Positions 1 to 11,815 of a DNA stretch of 64,000 nucleotides are shown here, in pieces. The position numbers and the translations under genes were made by a program. Source of the stretch: Fistulifera solaris (Eukaryota); the NCBI GenBank assembly GCA_030295235.1, contig AP026123.1, positions 2,542,001 to 2,606,000 of the forward strand, given 5' to 3'. Positions within the stretch are counted from its first letter, which is position 1, and every line of letters begins with the position of its first letter. The notes under the pieces are model-generated. The model was given only the letters and a program-made list of their open reading frames with translations, was not told the DNA's origin and did not search any database.

Positions 1-72
1 AATTTGATGGGCGAGTACGATGCCAACTGGGATGCCGAATTCCGTGTAGGACAGGTCCCCTCCTCAAGGTAA
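1..72 (+). CDS. 3' end of a gene entering from the left edge, product unknown
   Basis: Frame 1 is open (NLMGEYDANWDAEFRVGQVPSSR*) and is followed by an AT-rich 3'-UTR-like stretch. Confidence 0.4.
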   Translation, partial: NLMGEYDANWDAEFRVGQVPSSR

Positions 73-266
73 AAGAAAGGCATCTATTGCTGCGTCAAGA
101 CCTCTAAATAATGAAACGAAAGTACATGTAATAGCCCCCAACATTTATTATCAGTTCATTCTTTTAAACTGATAACCCGAGTCGGTGTATTCAATGCAAT
201 AAGTAATAGTTGAAAACGTTTTGGCTTTAGGCTGACCTGCAATGTGCGCAACTCTTTATTTCTTCG

Positions 267-548
267 TTACTTCTTGCTCGACCGCGGCAGCGATTCTTTC
301 GCTCGAACATGCTTGGACGAGTAGATAGTACCACTACCGCCGCTACCACCTCGATCCTGTTGTCGCTTATCTATCTTGCTTCCCGAAGTTGCTGCAAAAT
401 CATCATAATCATCGTATTCATCGGCCGCTTCGAAAAACTGCGTACTATCGACACTATTTTCACGCGCGGTCTCCTTTCCTGGAGCAATCTCACTAGGTAG
501 CGTACCGCCCTCCTCGTCTGTCGCTTGCTTCTTCGATTCAAAAGACAT
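267..548 (-). CDS. small hypothetical protein (acidic N-half, Gly/basic C-terminus)
   Basis: 93-aa ATG ORF with protein-like composition (EYDDYDDF...KIDKRQQDRGGSGGSGTIYSSKHVRAKE) and AT-rich flanks. Confidence 0.55.
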   Translation of the reverse strand: MSFESKKQATDEEGGTLPSEIAPGKETARENSVDSTQFFEAADEYDDYDDFAATSGSKIDKRQQDRGGSGGSGTIYSSKHVRAKESLPRSSKK

Positions 549-898
549 ATGTACCTGTATTTGGATTACTGAGCGGTCTGATACGAGATAATAACGACTT
601 CAGCACCTGTTTCTGCAAAATGATGAAAACTGCAACGGCTTTATTTTTTGCGGCTTCGTTTCTGGTGTCTTTCAAGTCGTATCGGGAACGCCAACGGTGT
701 CTTTTACGATTCATTCCGCATTCCCGAGTCCCGAAATCTATGGACTGATGTTCTTTTCGTTTCTATTTCCCTTCGACTTCTCAATGGCCGTTCGTATCTT
801 CCAAGGCATATAGTATGCACACGCAATTCATAAAAACAACACCATTGCAAAATTGCAGCCATTTTTTGTGAGCTTCCTTCCGTCATCCACCACTGAAC

Positions 899-1340
899 AT
901 GACTCTTCAAACTATTTTCCGACATAGCACTAGATTGGCTCGACGTCGCTTAGCTTCGACCGCAGCAGTCCCCAAGCCTCCCGTTCCCGAGGCCATCTTG
1001 AAAAGAATGACTTCAAAACGAACTACCTTAGTGATCCGTCGACCTATCCGTTATTTGGGGGTCATGGCAGCGGCGGGGTGATTGTCGTCATCTTTACGGT
1101 CAATATGGTGAATTACAAGAACTGGAGTATCCTTCCTTCGTCGAAAAACGAGACTTTGGAAAAGATCCAACTCCGACCAAGAAGTCAATTACGGAGATTG
1201 TTTCGCGAGAACCGATTACGTTTCACCCGCAGGCCATGAAGGACACTCGAGCGGAAAAGAAAGGTCTTGGTGTCGAACATAAGGAAATGTTGAGCGCACC
1301 CGGGTCCATGAAGCCTTCGGATCAGTATGAAAAAATTTAA
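899..1340 (+). CDS. B12D/NDUFA4-like mitochondrial protein, paralog copy (frameshifted as assembled)
   Basis: Across frames it reads MTLQTIFRH...KNDFKTNYLSDPSTYPLFGVM...EIVSREPITFHPQAMKD..KGLGVEHKEML, colinear with 1430-1834. The shifts I could localise lie in A/G runs. Confidence 0.65.
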
Positions 1341-1429
1341 TGAATTATTCATAGTGTATAATATGTCGATGTTTTTTCTATTTAGATACATTCATGGTGA
1401 GAAGATTTTATAGATGTAACATTTGCTGT

Positions 1430-1834
1430 TTATCGTCCTTTGGATTTCAACCACTCTTCATGGTCAACTCCAAGTCCTTCTCGTCGAATATCCTTAAATC
1501 CTTGAGCGTGGAAACCTCTAGGCTCTCGGGTAATGATCTCGACGAGCGTGGTTCGGCGACCCGAATCTTGTGGCATCGTCTCGTGTTTCGCCGAAGGAGT
1601 GATTTTCACATTCTTATAACCAAGTCCATTGATGGACATGCCGACCATGAATGTCATGGCCGTTGTCATGATCACAATCAATGGATACGTCGAGGGGTCG
1701 CTCAAAAAAGTAGTCTTGAAATCTTTGTTCTTGGTAAGAGATGCCGGAATCGGTGGTTTGGGGGCGGTCGCAAGAGAAGCAAAGCGTCGGCTGGCCAAAG
1801 TGGCGTTGCGCTGCATGATGGTACGGAGACTCAT
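1430..1834 (-). CDS. B12D/NDUFA4 (MLRQ)-like mitochondrial membrane protein
   Basis: Arg/Ala/Ser-rich transit-like N-terminus, then FLSDPSTYPLIVIM plus a single TM helix, then a YKNVKITPSAKH segment typical of the B12D family. Confidence 0.7.
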   Translation of the reverse strand: MSLRTIMQRNATLASRRFASLATAPKPPIPASLTKNKDFKTTFLSDPSTYPLIVIMTTAMTFMVGMSINGLGYKNVKITPSAKHETMPQDSGRRTTLVEIITREPRGFHAQGFKDIRREGLGVDHEEWLKSKGR

Positions 1835-2052
1835 GGTTTAGATTTGCTAGAGCAAAGAAAGATATTTGAAAGTTTTTGTGAGATATTGGATTGTGAGAAG
1901 AGAATGTGTTAGTTTGAAACTGTTTTGACACGACGAAGATGCAAAGAATTTGCGAAGAATGCGAACCCGACGGGCCCCCAATGAGAATTTTTGACGCGAA
2001 ACGCGAACTGGCAGGGCTTGATAATAAGTACCGGTTTCCTACAAATCAGACC

Positions 2053-2327
2053 TACTGTAGGCCCAAAGAGTTGGTTCTAAGGTCAGCACGACTGTATTTC
2101 CAGTCACGAGTCAATTAATTGTGGCAGACTAGGACATTCAAATTTCGTTCATTCTGCTATTTCGATAAGCTACACTGGTCGTTATTACAACGAAACAATA
2201 TTCAGCTCCATAAACGTTGAGGAACTTTATAATATGATGACCAAAAGCTTTGCGAGTCGTTGTCATGCCCGAGTACTATAGGCCCAAAGTGTTGGTTTAC
2301 GGCAACACTGCATTATTTCAGTCACGA
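2053..2327 (+). repeat. dispersed ~220-bp repeat family, 2 core copies (2053-2109, 2274-2327)
   Basis: Core tactrtaggcccaaagwgttggtt...cagtcacga occurs twice, 221 bp apart. Confidence 0.85.
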
Positions 2328-2378
2328 TGCACTAAAAACTGAGTTCTAGGGTTGAATTTAAATGTTTAGTCTAAAAAT

Positions 2379-4304
2379 CTATAACCTACTTTGTATGATC
2401 TTTGATTCAACAACACAGTTGTACGAGTGAAATCCTTCTCCGTGAACAAAGACGTACTTCTGTGGTTGGCTTTCGTCATCGTCGACCAAAGTCGCCCGCG
2501 TCCACCAAGGACCGTCAAATGCGGTATTTTCTAGCGGGCTACCAAGAGAGAAAGGAGCAAGAAACCCGACCTGTAGACCAGATTGAGTTTTATCTTGCTT
2601 TGGCAATGCAAAGTCAAGGCTGGATGACTTGTAGCACGACCCGTCACTCAGGGTTCCGTGCCAATGTACATCTAAAACTTTTCCACTTGTTGTACATTGA
2701 GTGATGAGTACCTCGCTCACAGCGACAAGACCGCGGCCGCTTTTCGATCCTTGCCTTCCCAAACCCTTTCTTTTGATCGAATCAGAGTCTTGATTCACAA
2801 AATTAACGTCACCTGAATAACTTGTATCACAACTAAGAATCCACGCAGTTCTGTTGCAGCCATGAAGCGGTACAGCAATTGGATTCGGCATATCACCTTG
2901 TGGCTGATGACCGGTGCAAATAATAGCTAGTCCGGAGCGACGGAAGAAATCTCGTACCAACTTAACAAATACAGCATCCGTCGGATCATCGCTGTTTGGG
3001 AAAAACGACCGGGGCATTCCGTTCGTACACCACCGATTGTAAACGATAGTTGGGTTGCGTCGCCCCTCGGGTGGAATGGAGCCCATTCCGTACTGCATCA
3101 GCTGCGAGAAGCTTGATTGTTCATCAATCAAATAATATCCCCACGCACCCTCCGACCAAAAGGGCTTTCTCGGTACGTCGTTAAGCGCTTCCTCTTTCCA
3201 TGACGCCACTCTCTCCTTCGCAAAGTTATTCAAGCAAGCTATCCAGCCTTTGATCGACGAAACACCCATATCGGAAGCTTTTGTGTTGTTAGGTAGCCAT
3301 GGCATGGCAAACGTCAGGTCGTCCCAGAATTCGTCCGTGCTAGCTTTTCTACGAGTTACATCTTGCAGTGTATCACTTGTGAATGGCAAGGCTCCGTGAA
3401 CAAACAAAATTTCTCCAAGCTGAATGGCAAGGTTGCCATTCGACAAATATCTCCCCATTTCCCCTTCGGGATGTGTGCTGCGCTGATACGAAATCACGAC
3501 ATCCTCGTCTGTTACAGTGGAAGTAAAATTGTCAGTGCTTTGACCTTTCAGCTCTTTTAGCAATAGTTCTTCTTGCTCAAGTTCCCACTTTCGGTAATCA
3601 AATGCCCTCGGACTGCCCATCGTATTTCTCAAAATCCACTTTAATCGCTCCGAGGGAGACTGCGTGAGCAATTGTCGCTCATCCGGGTCTCCAGTTATTT
3701 TTCTACCTTTTAACCAGTAAACTCCATACGACTCCGGCAACAATCCTTGCTCATCTTGATGCATTTCCTGTAGTAGTCTCATTTTGTTGATATCCCGATT
3801 TCCCACTACAATGTATACATGTTCCGGATACCGTTCTTTCAAATCGAGCAATTGCCGAATAACGTACAAATCCGAGCCCCCTTGATCCCAAATGTCCCCT
3901 CCAAACACCAAATAGTCCCGAAACGGTCGTTGAAAGTCAATGCAATGTTGGTAGGGAAAGAAATTGGTTTCGAGACGAGGAGTACAGGGTCGGAAGCATA
4001 GAACTTTGGACTGTTTCACGTATCGTGTCAGATAGTCGCGGTCGCCTTCAATATCGGTTATGAACGTTATCCTTCGACTGTTAACCTCTGATTGAGAGGA
4101 AAAGACACTAGTTGCCATTTTGGAAGCAGACGATAGATGGTTCCTCCGAGGCAAGAAAGCGGAAATGGAAGTTCGATGGGAAGCAAGAAATATTCGAATC
4201 CAGGGAGATCTCCCTGTTCGAATCGACAGCATTCCTGTACTGCTCCGACCAAAGATCCAATAGAAAGTGAACGCGACTATTCTTTGGATCGTCCGTATTC
4301 TCAT
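2379..4304 (-). CDS. calcineurin-like metallophosphoesterase family protein
   Basis: Ordered motifs TDIEG, GGDIWDQG, VGNRDINK, FVHGA, TGHQPQG, CDTSYS in a 641-aa ORF. Confidence 0.8.
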   Translation of the reverse strand: MRIRTIQRIVAFTFYWIFGRSSTGMLSIRTGRSPWIRIFLASHRTSISAFLPRRNHLSSASKMATSVFSSQSEVNSRRITFITDIEGDRDYLTRYVKQSKVLCFRPCTPRLETNFFPYQHCIDFQRPFRDYLVFGGDIWDQGGSDLYVIRQLLDLKERYPEHVYIVVGNRDINKMRLLQEMHQDEQGLLPESYGVYWLKGRKITGDPDERQLLTQSPSERLKWILRNTMGSPRAFDYRKWELEQEELLLKELKGQSTDNFTSTVTDEDVVISYQRSTHPEGEMGRYLSNGNLAIQLGEILFVHGALPFTSDTLQDVTRRKASTDEFWDDLTFAMPWLPNNTKASDMGVSSIKGWIACLNNFAKERVASWKEEALNDVPRKPFWSEGAWGYYLIDEQSSFSQLMQYGMGSIPPEGRRNPTIVYNRWCTNGMPRSFFPNSDDPTDAVFVKLVRDFFRRSGLAIICTGHQPQGDMPNPIAVPLHGCNRTAWILSCDTSYSGDVNFVNQDSDSIKRKGLGRQGSKSGRGLVAVSEVLITQCTTSGKVLDVHWHGTLSDGSCYKSSSLDFALPKQDKTQSGLQVGFLAPFSLGSPLENTAFDGPWWTRATLVDDDESQPQKYVFVHGEGFHSYNCVVESKIIQSRL

Positions 4305-4487
4305 TACGGGTATTTAGAACAGAAAGCAATGATGAATGCTGATATGAATGATGATGATCTCCATTGCGCTTCGATGAAAACAGTTTCGTCTTTTTTTTTT
4401 GTTGTCGACCTCTTTCCTCTTTTCTCTTATGGGCGTACGACGGACGTGCCAAATAAACCTTAACCTTGGCATGCCGATTAAAATGAC

Positions 4488-5147
4488 CACTATAGTCCAA
4501 GCTTAGCTAGTCTACAATTCATTCATTCGTTCGCCCAATTTCTTGGGCCCCATGTGTCGACGTTGCATTCCAATAGTCCTTAGCAGCGTTTTCATTGCAC
4601 ACCATGATCTTTTCATGTAGTCTAGAAAAGCCTGCGAAACGTTGTCTGCCCTATTTTTACTATGGACCCAAAGTGTTGGTTAAGACAGACCACGACTGAG
4701 TTTCAGTCATGAATCAATATTTTTTCGAGAGACAGGCTTAGCTAGTCTACAATTCATTCGTTCGCCCAATTTCTTGAGCCCCATTTGTCGACGTTGCATT
4801 CCAATAGTCCTTAGCAGCGTTTTCATTGCACACCATGATCTTTTCATGTAGAAAAGCCTGCGAAACGTTGTCTGCCCTATTATTACTATGAACTCAAAGT
4901 GTTGGTTCAGACAGACCACGACTGAGTTTCAGTCACGAATAAACATTCTTTTCGAGCGACAATGCTACCTACAATTCATTCGTTCTCCCAATTTTTGAGC
5001 TCTGATTGTCTTGCTGCAATGCATTAGGCTAAGCAGCGTTTGCATGGCACGCCTTGATATTTTTACGTCGAAGTGCCTGCGAAACGTTCTCTGCCGTATT
5101 TTACTATAGACCAAAGTGTTCGTTGCGCAGACCACGACTGTCGCACT
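4488..5147 (+). repeat. dispersed repeat family, ~3 tandem units (cores at 4658, 4884, 5102; spacing 226 and 218 bp)
   Basis: 4501-4712 and 4736-4938 are near-identical, and the third copy is more diverged. Confidence 0.9.
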
Positions 5148-5389
5148 GGCGAGAATTTTCTCGTGTCTTTCATGCGCCGCCGAACCGCATTATTCACTGC
5201 GTTGAACTCGAAAATATTGCCTTCTGGTGTCAAGAGAAGCCTTATTTATCAATCTTATTGACGACGCCCGTCTCTTTGTTTACCAAACTTTGAACCTAAT
5301 CACGAGAGGGTGAAGGAAGGGGATCATTCGCCGGAATCGTAGCAATTAGCAAATAGCAGTGTCACTATTTCGTGTGAACACAACAACAA

Positions 5390-7541
5390 ATGAGCGTTTC
5401 CGCGAACGAATCTGATTCTCTGTTGCCGTCTAGGCATCATTCGTATGAACGAGAATCCGTCATTACATCCCGGTTTAAAACGATTCTTTTTCTAGTCATA
5501 CTCGTCTTTGCGGGGATCGCTTATCAGAGCGAAGTCAATCAACTACAGTTGTTACTTGAAACCCAGACGGAAAAGATCGATCATCTCGAGGCAGTATTGC
5601 AAATTCACAATGAAGTCATTAATCGATTTAATGCTTCCGTCACCAACTCGGATGTCGTTAAACGACTGGAGACGCTGGAAGATAATTTTGTGTTGACGCA
5701 GACGAAATTGAAAAAAGATCTCCAGAACGTTGAAGACAAGGTATCCGCCGAACTCGCGGATACGCTGCTGTCCCTCAATGCCACCGTCAGTCGAGCGGAG
5801 CGTGAAATTTCCGATGAAGTCGAAAAGGTCAAAAAAGATGTCGAGCACTACGTTGTGACCACGCAAGATCAGTTTAGCATGGAAAATTCGTTTATGGTCT
5901 ACCAACTCGCTGGAACGTTTACTCTGTTGAGTGGCTTGATTTCGATGTGGCACATGACGGCACATTTACGGCGCATGAATCAACCCGATGTCCAGCGCAA
6001 GATATTGGCGATTCTTTGGATGGTTCCCATATACGCCATCACGTCGTGGTTCAGCCTGGTGTTTCATTCGGCGGAAGGTTATTTGGCGATTCTGAAGGAT
6101 GGATACGAGGCCTATGTGATCTACCAATTTCTTTCGTTTTGCATCGCAGTTTTAGGGAAAGGTGATCGAAACGTTGTGATTGATTTACTCGCCAAGAGAG
6201 CCGATCACTTGACTCCGCCCTTCCGGCTCGTCGGTATTCTCGAAGTTTGTGGTTTGTGTCATCCGAAACAATACCCGAGCGACCGGGCTCTCGCTTCCGA
6301 TATCTTATTGCAGTGCCAATTTTTTGCCATGCAATTCGTTTTCTTTCGACCATTGACGACAACGGCTATGGTGGTCTTGAAGAAGATGGACTATTATGGC
6401 GCCGGTACGGGGCCGACGGACTTTCGCTCTCCTCAATTTTATATCACCATCATTCAAAACATTTCGATTTTCACCGCATTCACGGGGTTGTTGAAATTTT
6501 ACCACGCTGTGGATAAAGATCTGGCTTGGTGTCGACCTTTTGCCAAGTTCCTTTGCATCAAGTGCGTCGTGTTCATGACCTTCTGGCAGGGCCTGGCTAT
6601 TTCGATTCTGGCTTCGACCACGGATGTTGGCGGTCAGGATGCTACCGAGTGGGCGCAGTCAGCTCAGAACTTTTTGATTTGTCTGGAAATGTTACTTTTC
6701 TCCATCGCGCATTTCTACTGCTTTCCGACGGATGAATGGGAAGAAGGTTACCGAGTGAAGCATTCCGACGGAAAGTTTGGTGACAGCATTGCTCTGCGTG
6801 ATTTCTTCTCTGATGTGAAACTAATTCTGCGGTACGTTGCTTGTTCGTCCATTACAGCATTTACCATCGTTTTTGACACCTTTCCAGAGCCAATGCGCAG
6901 GACAAAGTTAAAAAGGTCGTTAGCGATTCTGCGATTCCCGAGGGCGATGAAGAAGAAGGTAGCCATGGGTCCAACAAAACCGAAAGCCCAAGTGTGGACG
7001 ACACAGATGTCGGTGCTTCAGTCGATTTAGAAAATAACGGATATCACACGCCCGCGATAGAACATCGATCGCTGCAAAAGAGGAGCAGCGATTAGCACTT
7101 GCTCTGGAAGAGTGTTTGGGACTCGCTGCTGACGACCCGGACATAGCAGAAGCCAAAGAAAGGTTACTGAAGAGTAACTTTCTATCACCAGATATGTTTG
7201 CGGCTTCAGATTCATTTGTTGACGACGATTCTATAGACAAGCAAATCGGAGCGTATTTGGGAGAAAATCTTGACGTTAGTGATGTTGCGGATGAGTCTGA
7301 AGTAGTTCCAGATGGCGATGCCGATGAAGAAATAGGCGATGCCGATTATTATCCGCAGGGAGGTATCTACAGCAACGTGAAATATGTCGAAGACGAGGAA
7401 GCAGCCAAAGAGACAACAAGTCTATTGTCTTCGCCAGACTACAAGCTACGGCCGAGCATCTTTACTACTGTCGCTTCGATAGCCGAACCTGAGCCGGAAA
7501 GTGATCAGAAAAATAAAGAGGAGGAAACATCATCAAATTAA
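5390..7541 (+). CDS. TMEM184: TMEM184 / OST-alpha family organic solute transporter with N-terminal TM plus coiled coil
   Basis: Motifs ILWMVPIYAITSW, YEAYVIYQF, PFAKFLCIKCVVFMTFWQG, QNFLICLEM. Probable intron 6832-6887 (GTACGT...TTCCAG). An apparent frameshift near 7052 joins the acidic tail ending at 7541. Confidence 0.9.
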
Positions 7542-7756
7542 GAAACGCAAGTCAAAATTAATGTTCTACTAGTATTGCAAAGAAATATCAACTGGTACCT
7601 TTGTGATTTGTAGGCGGAACCGCTCATAAAACAACCGATTCCCACAAATTAAGAAACGCAAGCCAAAATTAATGTTCCACTAGTATTACAAAGAAATATC
7701 AACTGGTACCTTTGTGATTTGTAGGCGGAACCGCTCATAAAACAACCGATTCCCAC
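7535..7756. repeat. 111-bp tandem duplication of the convergent intergenic region
   Basis: 7535-7645 versus 7646-7756, with 3 substitutions seen. Confidence 0.95.
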
Positions 7757-10700
7757 TCGCTCGCAGCAGCTTTTTCTGTCGCTCCGAGAGTAATTTGTCT
7801 AGCAATGAACATTGAAAGGTCCTTCTCTATCCAATACGAAGAGTGAGCAGCGAGTGCAGCTACATATTCGTTAGCACTTTCGATCTCCTTCTCTTGAAGC
7901 ATGTAATCGATGCGTCTGCCCTGATTGAGAGCGCCTGCTTTAACACCAGTGGAACTTGGATCATCCGAACTGAAGGCGGATTCCAAGTCGTCGTCTCCCT
8001 GTTGTGCCAATGAAGAATCCATCAAGCCCATACCGACTACTTTGGCTTCAAAAGCCGCCAAGAAATTTTGCTGCGTTTGCCAAGTAGAGTCGACAAACAT
8101 TCTCCATAAACGCTTGGTCTGGTATTGAACTCGCAGACCTCCATTCCAATGCGCCATAATCATGGGGTCATATTCAGAGTTCCTAGGGTCAATGCAGGGC
8201 TCAAGTCTGTACGCAACCGGGTCGTAGGGGTGAAAAATGTTGAAGACTCGATGACATCCTTTGAGATAGAAAGATTCGGTCAATGGCGCTCTCTGGTTTC
8301 GAATCATGAGAAACACCGCAACCGGTGATCCCAAAAGGAAAAAGTTATCGACACTAAAATCAAGTTGCGGATACGAATAGTCTACTGGTTCGTTGCTCGG
8401 CTCATACGATAATTCCGAGGTTTGGCTCATTTGCGAAAGGGGACTTCCATACTGAAGCAAGGAATCTAAGCTTTCACTTGATTCGTTTTTCTGTTCAACG
8501 AGCAAAGATTCGTCATTGACCTGAAGATGCTCACACCGTTGATTTGAAAGAATATCCCAGCTGATAATGGAGCCCAGGCTGTGACCTATGAGCGAAATTC
8601 CACCTTTGAAACCTGTTAACTCGCGAAACTTCTCAACAACAACATTCATCTCATTGGCTACGACGTCAACAATAATATCATGGTGCTCAGGACTCATAAA
8701 GTAAAGGACGTCCATAAGTGTATCATTTGCAAACTCTCTCATTTGAGGAATTGTCTTGAGTGAGATGTCATTGAGCATGACATTTTTTCTCGTCTTCCCT
8801 GAATCGGTAGCGGTTGCTGTAGATGCCGCCCTTCGTTGCGAAACGATTGAAAATGCTTCGTGCCATTCAATGGGCAGGTATTCAACTCGACCTTTTTTCT
8901 CCCCCTGCGTGAGAGAGAGAAGCTCGGACTTCTTCGATCTCCACGTGATTCTTTCTCAGAAAGCCACAGCAGTCAACAATGGACGAAAGGTTTGGAAGTG
9001 AGAGACCGAAAACATCCATCGATTGCATCATTTCACCGATACCATGAACAATGAGAACGAGGTGGTCCGTTTCTTGTGCCTTGTGGTCAACCAAGTTTTT
9101 CGCCATATCATTTTCATAGAGTCTCTTCGTTGGTACAGCGAGCGAAGCAAACGGGGATTCTTGGTTCGTTGTGAGAACAAAACCTGTTTCAGATTTTGAT
9201 GGCGGTGGAGCTAAAACGGATCGTATGGATACATCGGGTACCATCGTCTCGCCTAGCGTCCCGCTCTCTTCTACCGCCTGCAGTATTGATTCTGTAATAG
9301 ACCGCGGTGCACTCTCCGATAGTAACGTTCGGTCCTTTTCCAACCAAGCACCACGGTACACCCTCCGCTTGAACATTGCAATAGCCGCGCCCAACCCTTT
9401 CTGAATCACTGTTGCGTACGTCAGGGAGCTAAACTGAACCAGAACCGTCCCTTCGCCCAGATTTGGTACTTCCACTGTGAGAAGAGCCCCATCAATTTCC
9501 ATGTTGTGATCAAAGGCGCGTCGCAAATTCATCCAGTTCAAAAACAAATAGGCATCTTCCAATAACGCTTGGGCCTCATCCCCAAACGGTTGTAGTCCAC
9601 GAGCTGTGTCGAGAAACCAGTTGGAGCGCCGCACTTCGTCACCCGGTCCATAGAATCGCCAAAGCGTCGGTCGCATAATCATCGTCAAGGGAGGAGGCGC
9701 AAATGCCGCCATGGGACCCGTTTTATCTTGTTCTTGTTCACAGCATGTCGGACAAAGATCACCTAATTGCCTTGGTGCCATAATTTGCTCGGGTAATTCC
9801 TTCCGACACAAGGGGCAGCACAGTCGAAACGAGACAGCGTGGCGATTTTGATCCACCAAAACGTCCGACAATGGATCTGGTTCGTACCATTTTGCTATCG
9901 TCGAGTATTTGGTATCATCCAGTCCTCCGCCGTCATTATTATTTCTGCGTGGATGATACGAATGCCGAATTCTTCCTTCCCGGACTATTTCTCTGTAACG
10001 TTGTTCTAAATCTTTTTGTTCTTGATTGCGACAACAGATCCACGCAGCATCCTTCCCAGGATGTCTGCCGTTGATATAAGGAAGTCGAAACCATAAAGGA
10101 GAGATTTCCGACCCGCCGGTGACTTCGTCTAAATCATACGTATCCCCCGAACCCACCAAAAACGGATCTTCCAATGCGCGATAGTTGGGGTACGGACACA
10201 ACCATTCGTCATCTTCCGTCAAGGACGACCCCCGTTGTTTTAAAACTCCCGTCAATACCAGGTCATCGTACAAGGGACGATTGTGAAAGCGAATGTGCGC
10301 CGCCAGTTCGTACCGGGCGACCGGATCATTGAGACTGAAATACCGATCACAAATGTGATCAATGACATCTTTCTTAATCATACTATCGAGTGTGGCGTAC
10401 GGACCACTCCCCAGCACTTTCCACTGCGTATGCGATAACGTGCGCGTAATGTTGGCGTCGGCGCGTTTGATGTAAAGACACAATTCTCGAAACATGGTCG
10501 AAAGGGCCCATTTGGTTCCATTGAGGGCAAAGTCGACGGTATCCCGGACTTTTTGACGGGACGGAATGGGATATTGCGCAATTTCCCAACTGCGCTGCAC
10601 AAATCCTACCGTGAAACATAGGGCCGGCACGAGAAAGTTTTCTCCAACGAACGGTACTTGTTTCGCCAGATCGAGTGTTTGGACGCCCAAATGAATCGCT

Positions 10701-11115
10701 CCATCACTTTGAAAAAAGCCAATCACCCCCAAAGCCACGTGCTCGGCTCCAAAAAAGGCTGGCAAAATAATCCAATCACGAACGGGTAAAAGAAACCGTG
10801 TTCGATCTTGCCGGTCCCATCTTTCGTGGCATTGTAAATGCCGCGGGCCGATTTCAAACAAGCGACCGACAATCCTCGGAGAGCTGTGTAAGCGGCTTCC
10901 CATTGATCGACGGCCGACAAGGCGGCTTCGATCGAAGCATCATTCGAATCCCACACCACTTGCTTGGTGGTCATGGCGGCGTGTCGTCCGACACGTTGCA
11001 CGCGCAACAACGGATGCGTCGATTTTTTCTTCTTGTGCAGATAGCGATACGGAACAAAGGGAGAAATAATGGCGTCGTCGCGCGGGGAAGTAGGAGGTTT
11101 CGGGGGATGATTCAT
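7735..11115 (-). CDS. DDHD-domain phospholipase A1 (PA-PLA1/SEC23IP-like)
   Basis: Motifs DHLVLIVHGIG, RVEYLPIEWH, lipase GHSLG, FLLGSP, NIFHPYDPVAYRLEP, RIDY, HSSYW. Three ORFs are joined by apparent frameshifts near 10790 and 8895. Confidence 0.9.
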
Positions 11116-11815
11116 TTGTGAGTTGTTTCGGATGCAAAGGAGAGTCTATGTGACAAGATAACCGAGCCAGAGAAGTTATGATAGAGGTCCGGCATTTAAA
11201 CTTTTCGTGCATTGCGTGTCAATGCCGTCGTCGCTTGGTTCAAACGAGTGTATTGTTTTCCGTCTCGCCTCTACACTATGCACCATAATGGCAAATGCTG
11301 CATCGAAGAAACAGCTCCGTCACAGTCTCTCCGGCATTGAACAATACCCATGGAACCTGACTATAGATCTAGAGAGTGTTCTCGGGTGTGCCGGACGGAG
11401 GACGACGGAGGAAAAAAGTCTTTCCGGCATTGAACAATTTATTTCTTACTAAACCTTCTACGGAGTAAGACCTATAATCATTGGGGATTGGGGCCCTTTT
11501 TGGGGGATTCAAATTGCTAGAAACCGTTATAGTAAAATTCACAACAAATGTGAGTGATTATTGAACGCTACGTAACTCCTCTAAAAACTGCTGCTTCTAT
11601 AAACAATTAACAGGAAATAGACCTCAAGTGACACTGAAAGAGGATGTTTGACGGTTGATTGTTGCTTTGGTGGCTGTTAAAGAGAAAACGAAGCAGAATC
11701 ACCTGTTAATTGATTTCATTTAATATAGTAGGACGAACAAAGGATGGTAGTGAAGCCGACATTGCTTTGTTGTGATGTCAATGGCGACGTTTTGTTTTTG
11801 TGAAAGGCAGTGATT

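Noticed and set aside
11323..11440. ~22-bp direct repeat agtctytccggcattgaacaat, 94 bp apart
   Set aside because: Only two short copies; they cannot be tied to any element boundary.
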